Of a stretch of DNA of 64,000 bases, positions 11,757-26,483 are shown piece by piece; within the stretch, counting starts at the first letter, position 1, and each line of letters starts with the position of its first letter. Position numbers and translations under genes: made by a program. The stretch is from Eledone cirrhosa (lineage: Eukaryota), in assembly GCA_964016885.1 (NCBI GenBank), contig CAXHJY010000340.1:31122-95121 (forward strand). Direction: 5' to 3'. The notes below the pieces were generated by a model. The model did not search any database. It was not told where the DNA came from and worked only from the letters and a program-made list of their open reading frames with translations.

Positions 11757-12556
11757 ATACACATATATATATACACATATATATACATATATATATACAC
11801 ATATATACATATATATATATACACATATATACATATATATATATACACATATATACATATATATATATAAAACATATATACATATATATATATACACATA
11901 TATATATATATATATACACATATATACACATATATACACATATATATACATATATATACACATATATATACATATATATACACATATATATATACACATA
12001 TATATACATATATATATATATATACATGTATATACATATATATATATATACACATATATATATATATATACATATATATACATATATATATACACATATA
12101 TATACATGTATATATACACATATATATACATATATATACACATATATATACATATATATATATACACATATATATACATATATATACAGATATATATACA
12201 TATATATATACACATATATATACATATATATATACGCATATATATACATATATATATACGCATATATATACATATATATATACGCATATATATACATATA
12301 TATATACGCATATATATACATATATATATACACATATATACATATATATATATATATACATATATATACATATATATATATATATACATATATATATACA
12401 TATATACATATATATATATACACACATAAATACATATATATATATACAGACATAAATAGATATATAGATACATATATACATATATATATACAAACATATA
12501 TACATATATATACATATATACATATATATATATACACATATATATATATACACATC

Positions 12557-12590
<34 letters not shown>

Positions 12591-12993
12591 TACATATATA
12601 TATATTCATATATACATATATATATACACATATATATATATATCCACATATATACATATATATATACACATATATACATATATATACACATATATACATA
12701 TATATATATACATATAAACACATATATACATATACACACATATACACATGCATAAACACATACATATATACATATATATACACATACATATATACATACA
12801 TATACACATACATACATATACATACATATACACATACATACATATATATATATACATACATATATACATACATACATATACACATACATATTTACATACA
12901 TATATATATACATACATATATACATACATATATACATATATATATATACACATATATATATACATATATACATATATACACGTATATATATAC

Positions 12994-13037
<44 letters not shown>

Positions 13038-13076
13038 CCATATATATATATATATCCATATATATATATACATATT

Positions 13077-13126
<50 letters not shown>

Positions 13127-13213
13127 CATATATATATACATATTTATTTATACACATTTCTACATATATATATATATATATATATACATATGTACATATA
13201 TATATATATATAT
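11690..13213. repeat. Compound (TA)n/(TACA) microsatellite
   Basis: Read directly. Similar tracts lie at 17760-18360, 18820-19826, 26850-28066, 42055-48005, 54985-55868, 56960-60814 and 62890-63700. Confidence 0.95.
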
Positions 13214-13412
13214 ATAATATAAGATCAAAAGATGGTTAAAGGAGTTCCATATATTTTATTATGCGCAATTCAAAAACAAACATCATCAAGCAATAATATT
13301 TGTGTTTTCATCTGATGAAAACACAAATATTATTGCTTGATGATGTTTGTTTTTGAAATGCGCATAATAAAATATATGGAACTCCTTTAACCATCTTTTG
13401 ATCTTATATTAT
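13214..13412. repeat. 199-bp palindrome centred inside a hammerhead core
   Basis: The centre T13313 lies within CATC-T-GATG. The right arm reads CTGATGA...GAAA-TGCGCA-TA|ATAAAAT. An intact homolog lies at 27711-27779 on -. Confidence 0.9.
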
Positions 13413-14014
13413 GCATACTCCAGTCCCACAAACTGTAGAGTGCTTCTTATCCGATATCTGCATTGCTTTATTGTACTACAATAAAACTCACCTCCTACAT
13501 ATATATATATATACATACGTATAAACATATATATATACATACTTATATACATATATATATACATATATACATACATATATGTATATATATATATATATAT
13601 ACATATACACACACATATACATATACATATACACATACATATATGTATATATATATATATATATACATATACACACACATATATATATACATATACACAC
13701 ATATATACATATATATATACATATTCATATATATATACATGCGTGTGTATATACATACACACACATACACACATACACATACACACACACACACACATAC
13801 ACATACACACACACACACATACACATACACACACACACACATATACATATATATATATATATATATAAAAGTATGTATATACATATGTATACATACATAC
13901 AGTAAAACCATAACAAACAGCACGGTACGATTAAAGGTCCTGCTTGTTGTATGTTTGTGTTGTTGAGAATGAGAAAGGAAGGTGACACGCAAGTTAGGGA
14001 ATATTCTAGATAAT

Positions 14015-14203
14015 TGTTTCTACTTTTGGCACAAGGCCAGCAATTACCCAGTGTATTACTGGTACTTTATTTTATCGACCCCATAAGGATGAAAGGCAAA
14101 GTTAACCTCGGCGGGATTTGAACTCAGAATGGCAAGGGCCGTAACTCTATGCGTCAAAGCATGGCGTCCGACCCTCTACCGATACTGCCAATCCACTGGC
14201 CAT
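14015..14203 (-). mobile_element. SINE family A with 17-bp TSD
   Basis: GGAATATTCTAGATAAT at 13998-14014 and 14204-14220. Confidence 0.9.
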
Positions 14204-14377
14204 GGAATATTCTAGATAATGTTGTCAGCTAAGAATGAAATGGAGAGTTACCATAGAAAGTCTAGAAATGTCATCTCTGTGTAGTTATAGAAATGTCAGC
14301 TTTCTTTCATGGCTTACCTACTGATCAACACACCTTCACTACTCTCGTCAACATCATTGTCAGCAGTACTGGCATTG

Positions 14378-15197
14378 TTATCGTCATCGGCCTCATCGTC
14401 ATCGTCATCGTCGGCGACGGAGGCTTTATCATCATCATCGGCCTCATCGTCATCGTCATCGTCATCGTCGTCGTCGGCGGCGGCGGAGGCTTTATCATCA
14501 TCATCGGCCTCATCGTCATCGACATCGTCATCGTCGTCGTCGTCGTCGTCGGCGGCGGCGGCGGAGGCCTTATCATCATCATCGGCCTCATCGTCATCGT
14601 CGTCGTCGTCGTCATCGTCATCATCGTCGGCGGCGGAGGTTTTATCATCATCATCATCGGCCTCATCGTCATCGTCGTCGTCGTCGTCGGCTCTATTACC
14701 ATCATCAGACTCATAGTCATCGGCGTCGCCGTCGTCGTCGTCGGCTTTAACACCATCATCGGCCTCATCGTCATCGGCGTCGTCATCGTCGTCGTCGTCG
14801 GCTCTATCACCATCATCGGCCTCATAGTCATCGGCGTCGTCGTCGGCTTTATCACCATCATCGGCCTCATCGTCATCGTCGTTGTCGTCGGCTCTATCAC
14901 CATCATCGGCCTCATCTTCATCGTCATTATCGTTGTCGTCGTCTCTATCACCATCATCGGCCTCATTGTCGTCGGCGTCGTCGTTGTCGTCGGCTCTATC
15001 ACCATCATCGGTTCTTCGTCATCGGCGTCGTCGTCGTCGTCGGCTCTATCACCATCATCGGTGTCATCGTCACCGTCATCGTCTCCATCATCATCAATAC
15101 CGTCATCGCCATCGTCGCTGTTACTCTCATAGTCATCGTCAACATTGTTATTCTCATCATCATCATCATCATCTATTCCAATGTCATCATCGTCGAC
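14378..15197. repeat. (ATC/GTC)n trinucleotide-derived higher-order minisatellite
   Basis: Recurring unit GGCTCTATCACCATCATCGGCCTCATCGTCATCGTCGTC. Confidence 0.9.
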
Positions 15198-15544
15198 ACA
15201 GGTGCAGTCATGTGACCACCATTACCTCTGACTATATTTTTAAAAGAATACTGTTTCTTTGATATGTCACGACAAAGGGTTTGTATTAAAGAAGAACGAG
15301 AAGAAGAAAAGAAAAAAAAGAAAAGAAAAGAAAGAATAGAAAGAAAAGTAGAAAAAGAAAAAGAAGAAAAGGACTGAGAAGAAAAAAAAATAAGAGGAAG
15401 AAAAAGAAGAAAAAGAAAAAACAATAAGAAAAAGAAGATACGAACAGTTTTAGTAGAGTGTGTGCGTCTGCATAGCTTCCTGGCCCCATATATACACATA
15501 TGCACACATTATATATATATATATACATATATATGTATATATAC

Positions 15545-16310
15545 AGGACCACCAACACGACCTGTATGTGGGGCCAATATCGCTAGCAACTACAGGATCT
15601 CCTACTTCCTCTCAATGGTTATACGCCCCATAATCAAGATGTCCCCAGATGTAAGTGATAGTACAGAGGACCTCCTCAGCAGAATCAATGAATGCAAAAA
15701 AAAAAAAAAACTATCTATTTGCATAATAGGCAGTATGGACGTGGTATCACTAAAACCCATCCATTAACATTGATTTTGCTGTGGAAAAAATTGTGGATAT
15801 GATCAGTGAGAGTGAGGTGGAGTTCTGCGACGTCGACACAGACGAACTGGGCCTCCTACTTAGACTTACCTATGACACTGACTACCTAGACAGCCATGAC
15901 CTTAGCTGTTTCTGCCCCAGTAGACCCATAAGGGGTAGATCCCCCACCATAACCTCAATGGAAAAAAGGACTCCCATGGGAAGGTGGATTGGGTGGACCA
16001 AAGCCATACGGACCCCCAAAGACAATGATCAGCTAAGAAAAATGGTCACACATGTAATAGGGGCTAGTATTAAAACTAACCTAAAAGGCCACATATTTAA
16101 ATTCAACGAGAAAATCTACACCCAAAATGAGGGAGCAGCCATTGGCGTCAGCATAGCTGGTGACGTTGCCAACCTTTTTATGGTATGGTGGGAAAGGAGA
16201 CACAAAGATCTCCTGGGTGCGCGCTCCATGAACCTCATCATGTACTCGCGTTAAATATAGTAAAAGGACACCCCCACAAGAGAGTACTAACAAGTATGAT
16301 TTAGAATGTA
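15545..16310 (+). pseudogene. PLE reverse-transcriptase fragment, frameshifted
   Basis: PPTRPVCGAN, GSMDVVSL, QNEGAAIGVSIAGDVANLFM and YSR. Same family as 40033-41206. Confidence 0.85.
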
Positions 16311-16340
16311 GCTCAATGGATATATATATATATATAAATA

Positions 16341-16825
16341 CATACTACTGTACGCCTGTATACATATATGTATGTACGTATACATGCTTATATTTAAGTA
16401 ACAGCCGTACTAAGAGTGGGAAATGAAATTTCATTTCATTTTTTCCGTTTATCGCTTTCGGTACCCCGGCCGATTGACTCACTCGATATGCAAATTAGGC
16501 TGCTCAGCCATTAATATTCATAAGGAGAGTATATACGTTCAGACGTTCAATCGTCTAGCAGGAAGCTATGCGTTGCTGACGATAGCAAATAAGCTTGAAA
16601 CTAGTACAGCGTTCCTTTGTCAGTGTTGAACAAATGAGCAACGATGGATGCTAGACACTGTAAGGCTTATTTCGGGATGTTTGTTTACAAACACACCGAG
16701 CATTATAATAAATGTTTGGTGAATCCATACGTACATATATATACGTGTGCATGTATGTATATATATATACATACTACTGTACGTCTGTATATATGTAAGT
16801 ACGTATACATACTTATATATATTTA
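16341..16825 (+). mobile_element. Solo ~1.1-mer of the retrozyme-like unit found in the 60815-62746 array
   Basis: Diverged reverse-complement homolog. The terminal redundancy CATACTACTGTACG occurs at 16341 and 16770. Confidence 0.8.
16570..16612 (+). ncRNA. Minimal hammerhead
   Basis: GCGTTG-CTGACGA-tAGC..GCTt-GAAA-CTAG-TA|CAGCGT. Confidence 0.8.
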
Positions 16826-16861
16826 TATGTGTATATATATATGTATATTTATATATATATG

Positions 16862-16892
<31 letters not shown>

Positions 16893-16924
16893 GTATATAT
16901 ATATATACATATATATATATATAC

Positions 16925-16986
<62 letters not shown>

Positions 16987-16988
<2 letters not shown>

Positions 16989-17760
16989 CGATACGAGACC
17001 TGGGCATAGACATGAGCGATGATGCATCTTTTTCTTCACACATCATGAAGGTGGCGACAGCATGTAGACGATTCGCTGGCTGGATCTTGAGGACTTTCCT
17101 TACAAGAGATCGAGACACCATGTTGACAATGTGGAGGACTTTTGTCCTAAGCCGCCTGGACTACTGCTCCCAGCTGTGGTCACCCCATAGTGTCAAAATA
17201 ACCACAGAGCTTGAGGCAATCCAGCGAAGCTACACCAAGAGGATTGCCAAGATGAGGGAGACAAGCTACTGGGAGAGGCTGAAGGAACTGAACCTCTACT
17301 CCTTGGAGCGAAGACGGGAGAGATATGCAGTGATCTACATGTGGAAAATCCTGGAGGGACTAGCACCAAACTTTGGCATTGGGAGCTGGACCAACCGTCG
17401 AACAGGACGTCACTGTGTGGTGCCAAAGGTCCCGTCTTCCACATCTAGAATAAGGAGCAGGTATTGCAATAGCCTGGGATTCAAGGGCCCTCAACTCTTC
17501 AACAGGCTGCCGAGGCATCTGCGAGACTTGCATGACGTTGAGGTGGATGTCTTTAAGAAACATCTCGACACCTTGTTATCCAGGATCCCGGATGAGCCCA
17601 CAGCAAGACACGAGGGAAACCTAAGGGCAGCAGCAACAAATTCCCTCCTACACCAGTGGCCAACCTATACAGGCTGGAGATAAAATGTGTAGCAACAAGG
17701 GCGGTGCCCCAGCATGGCCTGAGCCGGATGGCTGAAACAGGTAAACGAGTAAACGAGTAA
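16987..17760 (+). mobile_element. 5'-truncated CR1-like LINE (family 2) in (TA)n
   Basis: [40 protein letters not shown], with a 3' tail of (GTAAACGA)2. Confidence 0.9.
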
Positions 17761-18359
17761 TATATATATATAAACATATATGTATATATATATATATATA
17801 TACATATGTATATATATATATATATATATACATTATATATATATAAACATATACGTATATATATATAAACATATATGTATATATATATATGTATATATAT
17901 ATAAACATATATGTATATATATATATGTATATATATATATAAACATATATGTATATATATATAAACATATATGTATATATATATATACATATATATATAA
18001 ACATATATGTATATATATACATATATATATAAACATATATGTATATATATATATACATATATAAACATATATGTATATATATATACATATATATATAAAC
18101 ATATATGTATATATATATATACATATATATATAAACATATATGTATATATATATATACATATAAACATATATGTATATATATATATACATATATATATAA
18201 GCATATATGTATATATATATATACATATATATATAACCATATATGTATATATATATATAGATATATATATAAACATATATATATATATATACATATATAT
18301 ATAAACATATATGTATATATGTATACATATATATATATATACATATATATATATACATA

Positions 18360-18734
18360 TACAATATTAAATAAATGGAAAACTATATTTATAAAACCAT
18401 ATCTATTTCATTATATATATTTCGGGGATATTATATTAACAATATGCTATGCCTTCATCAGACAAAATACAATATAAACAGTTTTATAGATAAATATATT
18501 CGACATACCGTAATAAACATCAACTTCATTTGAAGAGGTTTACAGCTAGCGTAAACCTCTTCAAATGAAGTTGATGTTTATTACGGTATGTCGAATATAT
18601 TTATCTATAAAACTGTTTATATTGTATTTTGTCTGATGAAGGCATAGCATATTGTTAATATGATATCCCCGAAATATATATAATGAAATAGATATGGTTT
18701 TATAAATATAGTTTTCCATTTATTTAATATTGTA
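18360..18734. repeat. Palindrome with 184-bp arms, a 7-nt spacer and mirrored hammerheads
   Basis: Spacer AGCTAGC at 18544-18550. HHR on + at 18625-18690 and on - at 18404-18469. Confidence 0.9.
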
Positions 18735-18865
18735 AATATACTCCAAATATTTGTCGAGTGCTTTTATATCAGTTATATATATTTACTAGTTGTAACCCAA
18801 CAATTTTAAATATAACTTTACATATATATATACATATATATATATATACATATATATATATAAAC

Positions 18866-18896
<31 letters not shown>

Positions 18897-19083
18897 CAAA
18901 AACATATATGTATATATATATACATATATGTATATATACAAAAACATATATGTATATATATATATACATATATATATAAACATATATATATAGGCATATA
19001 TGTATATATATATATACATATATATATAAACATATATTTATATATATAGATATATATATAAACATATATGTATATATATATAG

Positions 19084-19116
<33 letters not shown>

Positions 19117-19151
19117 CATATATATATAAACATATATGTATATATGTATAC

Positions 19152-19198
<47 letters not shown>

Positions 19199-19213
19199 CA
19201 TATATATATAAAC

Positions 19214-19246
<33 letters not shown>

Positions 19247-19568
19247 CAAAAACATATATGTATATATATATACATATATGTATATATACAAAAACATATA
19301 TGTATATATATATACATATATGTATATATATATACATATATATACATATATATACATAGATATACATATATATACATATAAATATGTATATATATACATA
19401 TATATACATATATATACGTATAAATATGTATATATATATATGTATATATACGTATAGTTATATATATATGTATATATACGTATAGTTATATATATATATG
19501 TATATATATATATACATATATATATAAACATATATGTATATATATATATATACATATATATATATACA

Positions 19569-19641
<73 letters not shown>

Positions 19642-19646
19642 ATATG

Positions 19647-19679
<33 letters not shown>

Positions 19680-19686
19680 GTATATT

Positions 19687-19733
<47 letters not shown>

Positions 19734-19826
19734 GTATATTTATATATATATATGTATATATATATATATACATATATAAACATATTTGTATATATATATA
19801 TACATATAAATATGTATATATATATA

Positions 19827-21119
19827 TGAATGTCATATTGTATGCTAGAAACACTCTACTCTTTACTGATAATGACATTTGGATAAAAATATCTAACCCA
19901 TGGAGACCATTCGATGTCTCAATGGGCTCTTTTGACAGTGCTGACGTTTGTGATTTAGTCGGTCTATTACTCCTACCCACACTTAAAGAAAAATTCCCTA
20001 ACTATATTTTTGGGCTTTATCGCGACGATGGTCTAATACTTTCCCATACCACCATAGGCCATCACTTAGATAGATTAAGGAAAGACTTAATAAAAAGCTT
20101 TGCTAATTTTAATCTTAAAATTACTATTGACACTAACCTTTCCAATGTTAATTTTCTAGATATAAACCTAGATGTTCCTACTGCTTCTTATAAACCATAC
20201 CATAAACCTAATGAAAATTTAAAATATATAAATAAAGGCTCTTGCCATCCTCCTATAGTTTCTAAAAACCTTATCCCTAATATTAGCCGTAGGATCTCCA
20301 CCCTCTCTTCCTCAAAAGCAATTTTCAATAAGGCACCCCCCTACTATAATAAAGCCCTTCAAAATAGCGGATTTAGCGAACCGATTAAGTACATACCCAA
20401 CAATACTAACTCTTTTAAACATAATAATAGGAAAAGAAAATAATCTGGTTCACACCACCCTACTCTCTAGCAGTTAAAACTAATGTAGGCAAAACATTCC
20501 TAGAGCTCTTAGATAAACATTTCCCTAGAATACATAGATACTATAAAATCTTCAATAGAAACTGTGTCAAAATTAGCTACTCCTGCGGTTCCCCTATTAA
20601 ATCTTATATCATCAATAAGAAATCACCTAGAGAACATCAAAATTGCTCCTGTAGTGTCAAAAGTGAATGCCCATTACAAGGTAAATGCAACACCAAAGCC
20701 ATTGTATATGCGGCTCAAGTAACAACCATCAGCAACAACCAACCAGCCAGCAGCGAACGATATGTGGGTATGACACAAGACAAATTCAAAACGCGTTATT
20801 ACTCACATGTCGCATCTTTCCGACATCTAGAAAAAGATTCACAACAGCTCTGGCTAGCAGAATATGGGATTTGAAAGACCAAGGTATCCAATATAAATTG
20901 GATTGGTCAATTTTGAACCAATCTAAAGAATATGCAAGAGGAATAAGAAGATGCACACTCTGCATAAGTGAAAAATATTGGATTTTACAAAACCTTAAAT
21001 CACCAAAAACCTGCCTAAATACAAAAACGGAAATTTTCACCAGTTGCCCACACATGAAATCACACTTGCTTTCCAGCTCATATAAACTTAACTCACTTTC
21101 AGATACTTATCCTCCATAA
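19827..21119 (+). pseudogene. PLE RT and GIY-YIG (second PLE lineage), 5'-truncated, 2 frameshifts
   Basis: [64 protein letters not shown] and CTLCISEK. Confidence 0.9.
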
Positions 21120-22820
21120 ACTCTTATTCTTCACTTTCCTTAAATTATTCTCTTTACAGACTTCTCTTTCTGATTTAATTTTACTTTCATTTTTAACTTT
21201 ATTTTTAATTTTATTTTTATATTTACTTCACATCCACCAGTAACTCCCCCCCCCCCCCCGCTACTCTTCGAATCACTTACCTAATATCTTCACATTCCAC
21301 ATTTTACTTCCCCATTTTCTTTCACTACCTGATTTCACTTGTCACTTGCGTTTTCCACTCCAGATATATGCTGTTGTTTCGCAGCCGATTTTATATTTGT
21401 ACTCATTTATTCATAAGGCTGCTTTATACTCTGTATCTATGTGTCTGAGTGTGCTTATGTGTGTATACCTTATGTATATGTATACGAACGCCTCCATGTG
21501 TGTGCGTGCGTACGTGTATATATATGTGTGTGTGTATGTGTATTTTTATATCTATCTTTTTACATCTATGTTTTTTTACATTCTTATTTTTACGTGTGTG
21601 TGTAAGCGGGTGAATGTACGTGAATGTGTATGTATGTGTGTATATATGTATATGTATGTATGTATGTATATATATATAGGGAGAGATGACCCCTTAGCCT
21701 TTGTCAAGGCAGAATTCTAGGAGAAGGAAAACTCTGATATAACACCTGCAACCCTGATGGTATCCAATGATGTTGACTTGTTCTTCTTTTTGGTAAATAT
21801 CATCTTGGTTAAGAGAGTGGGACTGGCTTTGTGCAGTGCCTTTGCTCACTATAAAAGCTTCACGGCACAGGCATTGCTTTGTATCTGGAGATCTCTCTGC
21901 ACTTGTCGTCACATGGTACCAAAGGCAAAGCACTATGTGTCAATGATTGTCACAAGTGTAGTGTTTGTACCAGAGTTTTCAAGTCGCTGGCTGGACTAAA
22001 AAGTCACACTCGTTCAGCGCATCGGTAGGGGTTCTCCTAGATGGATATAAAGTAGTGGCCGTACTCGAAAACGAGTTGGCAGCCACCATATATATATATA
22101 TATAGTCGCGTACGTACGTGTGATTAGATATACATGGGGCGATATATATATATATACGTGCCTCGTGTGTATGTATGTACGCATGCATGCGCTATTGTCT
22201 GTACGTATTTGTGTGTATAAATATTTTTTTTTATAGATATATGTATTTTATAGATATATGGTTATGTACGTGCGTACCTATGTTTGTTTTCTTTTCTCTA
22301 GTGTTAATTGATTACTTTCGCCTTCATTTAAAAATGTTTTTCATTCTCATATACTGTTTCATTTTTATACATATATCGAGAATGACACTTCTTTTTACTA
22401 TTACACTCCCTTCCCTCTTTATCTTCCGCATATAAGTGACCGCGTGTGTGTGTGTGTTTATACGCGTGCTTTCATACTCGTATGTATATTTAATAGCTGT
22501 ATCTGGATGCGTGTCAACTATATTATCATTTTCTTTTTCAACTCATATTATATCCGTATTTGTGGTCACATATACACAAATATACTTGCCCTCATATATG
22601 TACTTACGCACACATTTTCACCATACACATGCATTTGTACATACACACATATGTACATTTGTGAGTGTATATACATACATATACACATACCTAACTATAT
22701 TTCCTGATATTTTTTATATATTTTTTTATATTTTTTAATATATCTCTTGCATTACTTTTATTTATATATTTTTTGCATTTCTTGAGAAGACTTTCCAAAT
22801 ATTTCACTATTTTCTATATT

Positions 22821-22892
22821 ACCTTGTCCGACGAACGGATGAGGACGTTTTTTTCGTATTCGTCTTATTCGGGAAACCTCTGGTAATGAGGT
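22821..22892 (+). ncRNA. Degenerate hammerhead in the probable pLTR of the 19827 PLE
   Basis: ACCTTGT-CCGACGA-stem II (GGATGAGGACG/CGTCTTATTC)-GAAA-CCtctGG-TA|ATGAGGT. Confidence 0.6.
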
Positions 22893-23025
22893 AATTATAT
22901 TGGATTGTTTATTATACATTAAATTTTGCTCTGGTACTTACATAGAGCACTCTTCACTCCTATGACTTTTTCAATTTTCAACGGAAACTTCAATACGTAT
23001 ATATATATATATACATATAAATATG

Positions 23026-23072
<47 letters not shown>

Positions 23073-23496
23073 TTATATATATATGATAAAAACAAATAAC
23101 GAAACGAAATTAAATTTCGTTTCGTTTGTAACTCACTTTTGTATGACTGACGCTTAAACAATTAAGTTAAAAATGTACATCCACATATGTATACTGAAAT
23201 ACTAATATGCATATGAATACACACACGTGTACATATGTAGATGTACCGAGTTTTTCACTGGACACTTTACTGTGAGTGTCCAGCTATTCTGTATGTAAAC
23301 ACACAGACAAACCGGTTTTTAGAGTCATACTGGTTTTCGAGGAAACACCTTTCCTCTATTCTCCAGAAAGCCAGACAAGGAATATTGGACTAGTCTATTC
23401 CGTATGGTCAATCGTAATGCAATAATATAGAGAGTACTCAACGTAAAGCAGTTCAACCGTCTCTGTTTTTGTAGTTGGTGGTGCTATTACGGAGTT

Positions 23497-26465
23497 AAAT
23501 ATTATAATGAAATGACAGGAGGCTAGATTTGTGTAAATCCTTGAAAGGTTTATTATACTATGATCATTTCAATGACCGCGTTCCGTATGAATCCGGTGAT
23601 ATCATCAGGTATTCGAAATATAATACGTGAATGTAATAGATAAAATCCATGGGGCTGAAAATCGAGGACTCGAGGGCGACCGCTATTCTGTTCCTTCAAC
23701 CTCAGCCGGTCGCCCTGGAGTGACGTGGCTAAAGTTTATAGTATGCTACTACCGGTCAGATAAACGAAAACAGAAAGGGATGGGAGCATAAGTTAACGTC
23801 GATCTATACACTATACTGTTTCATATACTTTACACAAGGTAAAAGAAAGAAAGAAAGGAAGGAGAGAGAAGAAGGGGGAAGAAAGAAGAGGAGAAGCCAG
23901 GGTTAATGTCACCTAAAAGAAGAAAGGCAACTACTACCGGTCAGATATAGGCAAGCAAGAGGGGGAAGGAAGATAAGTCTGCGGGAGGAAGACAGGAAGA
24001 GGGGAAGAAGAGAAGGAAGAGACGAGAGAAGTAGAAAAGTAAGGGTTGATGGCTACAAGAAGGAAGATAGAAAGAAAGAGGAAGAAAGGTCGATATTAAT
24101 GTCAGACCACAGTGAGCTGCTTTACGTTGAGTACTCTCTATATTATTGCATTACGATTGACCATACGGAATAGACCAGCTCTATACAGTGGTGAACCTCA
24201 AAGCTGAATAAATAATGCTCCTGAAATGTTGAGCACTTCAAAATGTAATAATGAACAGCGGCATGGGAGTGAATATATCTAACCACAATTCGAACTTTGG
24301 CTACCCGGTGTTTTCGCCTGGCCCATTGCTACTCCCCTCACAGAATATCCGAATTTCGACGAAACACCACGGACTAGACCATAACATGTATTGTACTGCA
24401 CTGTATTAACTAAATGCCTACCCTATACTTCTGGGCATGTATAACTCACACTGAACTCCCAGACTCGAACACACACTGTTTCCACATCTATATGCATTAT
24501 CTGACTGCAACTTGAACTATATTGTATTTCTCCTGTGTCTTGAACTCTCCATTTAATAGACAACGACTCTTGTTTGTTTATTTATATCTTTACATCTTTA
24601 TTTGCTGTATTAATGCTCCTCCACGTATTCTACCTCTATACATCCATGTACTTTCTACTTCCCTTATTCGGACTTTTACTCGCGTGTACCCTTAGCACAC
24701 GTCACTGGAATATCTCCCCCTGGGAACATAAATACCGCAACCTGAACTATATTGTATTTCTCCTGTGTCTTGAACTCTACATTTACTAGACAACGACTAT
24801 TGTTTGTTTATCTATATCTTCACATCTTTGTTTGCTGTATTAATGTCTTTCCACGTACTCTACCTCTATACATCCATGTACTTTTTACTCCCCTTATTCG
24901 GACTTTTACTCGCGTGCACCCTTAGCACACGACACAGGATTGCCCCCCCCCCCCCCCTCCCGGGAACATAAATACTGCAACCTGAACTATATTGTAATTC
25001 TCCTATGTCTTGATTTCTCCATCTTACCCCAACACCACTCTTGTTGGTTTATTTACATGTTTATACCTATATATTGATATGTTTATATATTTATACCTCT
25101 GCTGTACCAATGTGCTCTTCCACGTATTCCACTTCTAAGTATCCATGTATTTCTACTCCTCACATTGGGACCTGTACCCATTAGCACACGACACCAGAAT
25201 GTCTCCTCCTGAGAACAAAAATTAAACATTACACGACTATATCCCGTACTCTACATCCCACTAGGATAAATTACAGATCTACATAATATAATTAACGTTT
25301 CTTCATAAAAGACTCTATTTAATTAAACCCCGCAACCCAAAACCTCATAGAAGTTATTTGAATGTTTAATCTTCAATTTTCTGTTTGTTCAATTCTCAAT
25401 CCTCTTACTCCTTAGTTTTATAATGTTATTCTGAATTCTTTAAACTTCATCCGATAGAGTTAAGCAAAATTCTAAAGTTCCAACTTTCTGTCGGACCGTT
25501 GGGTGGGTTTTGGCGGCGGCGCGACCGGCTCCCTGGCGAACGAGCTCAACTGGAGTGCTTGGAAAAATAAATTTCCCCTTCTTTCGGTAAATGAAAATAC
25601 TCGGCGTGGCTTAATTCGCCATGGGGCCCGGGGCGCGGACGGTGTTTTAACCGCCAAATAGTACCTTTAAATTACAGAACAAATCGGAACTATTAGATAT
25701 ATCAACCTGAAACTGTTGAGCTTTAAATTTTCTAACCTCTTTAATATGGAATATTGATTATTAATTTTTTTAACTTCATCCTAGTAGTCTAAACACTATA
25801 ACACACTGACTCCCAATATATTCACCTCTGCTAAGATGCGGGTCCCTGTGAACATTTTCTCGCGCCACTCCTTGCTTGACTGTGGTCTGACATTAATATC
25901 GACCTTTCTTCCTCTTTCTTTCTATCTTCCTTCTTGTAGCCATCAACCCTTACTTTTCTACTTCTCTCTTCTCTTCCTTCTCTTCTCCCCTCTTCCTGTC
26001 TTCATCCCGCAGACTTATCTTCCTTCCCCCTCTTGCTTGCCTATATCTGACCGGTAGTAGTTGCCTTTCTTCTTTTAGCTGACATTAACCCTGGCTTCTC
26101 TTCTTCTTTCTTCCCCCTTCTTCTCTCTCCTTCCTTTCTTTCTTTCTTTTACCTTGTGTCATGAGATCGACGTTAACTTATGCTCCCATCCCTTTCTGTT
26201 TTCGTTTATCTGACCGGTAGTAGCATACTATAAACTTTAGCCACGTCACTCCAGGGCAACCGGCTGAGGTTGAAGGAACAGAATAGCGGTCGCCCTCGAG
26301 TCCTCGATTTTCAGCCCCATGGATTTTATCTATTACATTCACGTATTATATTTCGAATACCTGATGATATCACCGGATTCATACGGAACCCGGTCATTGA
26401 AATGATCATAGTATAATAAACCTTTCAAGGATTTACACAAATCCAGCCTCCTGTCATTTCATTAT
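23497..26465 (+). mobile_element. Non-coding element with ~600-bp inverted HHR-bearing termini
   Basis: 23497-24110 is the reverse complement of 25880-26465. The interior holds a ~230-240-bp repeat x3 (24504, 24734, 24973) and a GC-rich patch at 25490-25656. Confidence 0.75.
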
Positions 26466-26483
26466 ATTATATATATATATATA

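Noticed and set aside
14293-15262. Ser-, Val/Ile- or Met/Thr-rich ORFs
   Set aside because: They are open in several frames because of the trinucleotide repeat, with no domain or splice evidence.
20440-21119. Selenocysteine recoding in the PLE ORF
   Set aside because: The Cys positions read TGC/TGT. The breaks are frameshifts, not in-frame TGA codons.
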